From: a candidate division WOR-3 bacterium
GTDB lineage: Bacteria; Hydrothermota; Tepidihabitantia; Tepidihabitantales; Tepidihabitantaceae
Length of the DNA: 64,000 bases
Reading direction: 5' to 3'
Assembly: GCA_965649225.1 (NCBI GenBank)
Contig: CBFGJX010000005.1
Location: 49,243-113,242, forward strand
Shown: positions 63,214-64,000 of the stretch, piece by piece
Numbering within the stretch: position 1 is the first letter of the stretch
Layout: each line of letters starts with the position of its first letter
Notes under the pieces: model-generated
Databases searched by the model: none
Told to the model about the DNA's origin: nothing
The model's input: the letters and a program-made list of their open reading frames with translations, nothing else
Made by a program: the position numbers and the translations under genes

Positions 63214-63845
63214 GAACGCTGCTTGTTGACTGCTACCGCCGTGATGCCGGACGACGACTGTACTGGTATCGAGCGGCAATCCGTCCTTTTTCCGACTGCC
63301 AGACGGTCAATGCCGGTGCTGTCAGCAGCCACTTTGACCCCAGCGGTTTTCAGGCGGTTGTTCTCAGCGGTTCGCAGATGATGCTGAGCGAGGAGGAGCC
63401 GCCAGCCGGTCTGGTCAGCTTCGTTCGCTCGCTGCGCATACCGGTGCTGGGCATCTGCTTCGGCCACCAGCTGCTGGCTCGGTCGACCGGCGTGCCGGTG
63501 CGGGCGGGCAGGCTGATCGAGCGTGTTGAGGCGATTGAACTTGTCCAGCGCAGTCCGTTGCTCGAACGGCTGGGAGACAGGTTTGAAATGCTGGAAAGCC
63601 ACCGTGAGTTTGTCGCAGCGGAGAGTCTGGCCGCTGCCGGTTGGCAGTTGCTCGCCCGGTCAGAATCCTGCCCGGTAGAGGCAATGTGCTGCCGCGAGCG
63701 GCCAGTTTTTGGCGTTCAGTTCCATCCCGAGCGGTCAGGTGAGCCCGGCCGGCAGGTTTTCGCCGGTTTCTACGAGAATGTTGTGCTGTCGTTCTGGGGT
63801 GGGCAATTCGGCCGGCAACCTCAGTCCGACAGTTTCGGGCGGTGA
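63210..63845 (+). CDS. Stand-alone class I glutamine amidotransferase (GMP synthase A-like)
   Basis: LSGS, PVLGICFGHQL, SH, GVQFHPE triad. Confidence 0.88.
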   Translation: MRTLLVDCYRRDAGRRLYWYRAAIRPFSDCQTVNAGAVSSHFDPSGFQAVVLSGSQMMLSEEEPPAGLVSFVRSLRIPVLGICFGHQLLARSTGVPVRAGRLIERVEAIELVQRSPLLERLGDRFEMLESHREFVAAESLAAAGWQLLARSESCPVEAMCCRERPVFGVQFHPERSGEPGRQVFAGFYENVVLSFWGGQFGRQPQSDSFGR

Positions 63846-63852
63846 GAGCGGT

Positions 63853-64000
63853 CTAGAAGGTGCGGCCGAGCTGGAAGTGCGGTTCCCACTTGCCGCCGCC
63901 TTCCCGGTCGAAGCCGTAGCCAAAGTCAAAGCCAATCAGGCCAAGCATCGGGATTTCCAGCCGGACACCGACACCGGCACCGCGTTTGAGGTCGGAAAGG
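63853..64000 (-). CDS. bamA: BamA C-terminus (gene enters from beyond window)
   Basis: Manual translation LSDLKRGAGVGVRLEIPMLGLIGFDFGYGFDREGGGKWEPHFQLGRTF*. Confidence 0.85.
   Translation of the reverse strand, partial: LSDLKRGAGVGVRLEIPMLGLIGFDFGYGFDREGGGKWEPHFQLGRTF

Overview
A 64-kb, GC-rich, gene-dense chromosomal window from an anaerobic diderm bacterium. The gene set (LapA/LapB, BamA, HdrA/MvhD, proteins with T9SS-like C-terminal domains, C25 gingipain, SBBP/Kelch surface proteins) resembles candidate division WOR-3 / FCB-adjacent lineages, which is an inference. Most of the window is housekeeping: ftsEX, UDP-sugar genes, mutS, miaB, pdp, fabG, glyS, purD, lpdA, lipB, rpsM-rpsK-rpsD-rpoA-rplQ, rsfS, ptsN, radC, folE2 and the bamA 3' end. 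I saw no tRNA, rRNA, CRISPR array, transposase or integrase. Best leads: (1) a lone 129-aa ORF (20861-21250, minus) that aligns by eye with the SIRV2/rudivirus major capsid protein and has no viral neighbours; (2) a TPR-GAF-AAA+ activator and an AAA-less TPR paralog flanking a secreted C25 protease; (3) a lexA-small protein-Y-family polymerase cassette with a perfect 18-bp palindrome over the lexA start, a candidate SOS box; (4) about 11 promoters of the form TTGAC(N)-N16-TAnnnT, 7 of them predicting leaderless mRNAs, plus a basic insertion in the RpoA CTD; (5) an etfBA-hdrA-mvhD operon without HdrBC or hydrogenase; (6) a Memo-AMMECR1 fusion that may be made as both lipoprotein and cytoplasmic isoforms. 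All family assignments come from motif recognition by eye; no searches were run.
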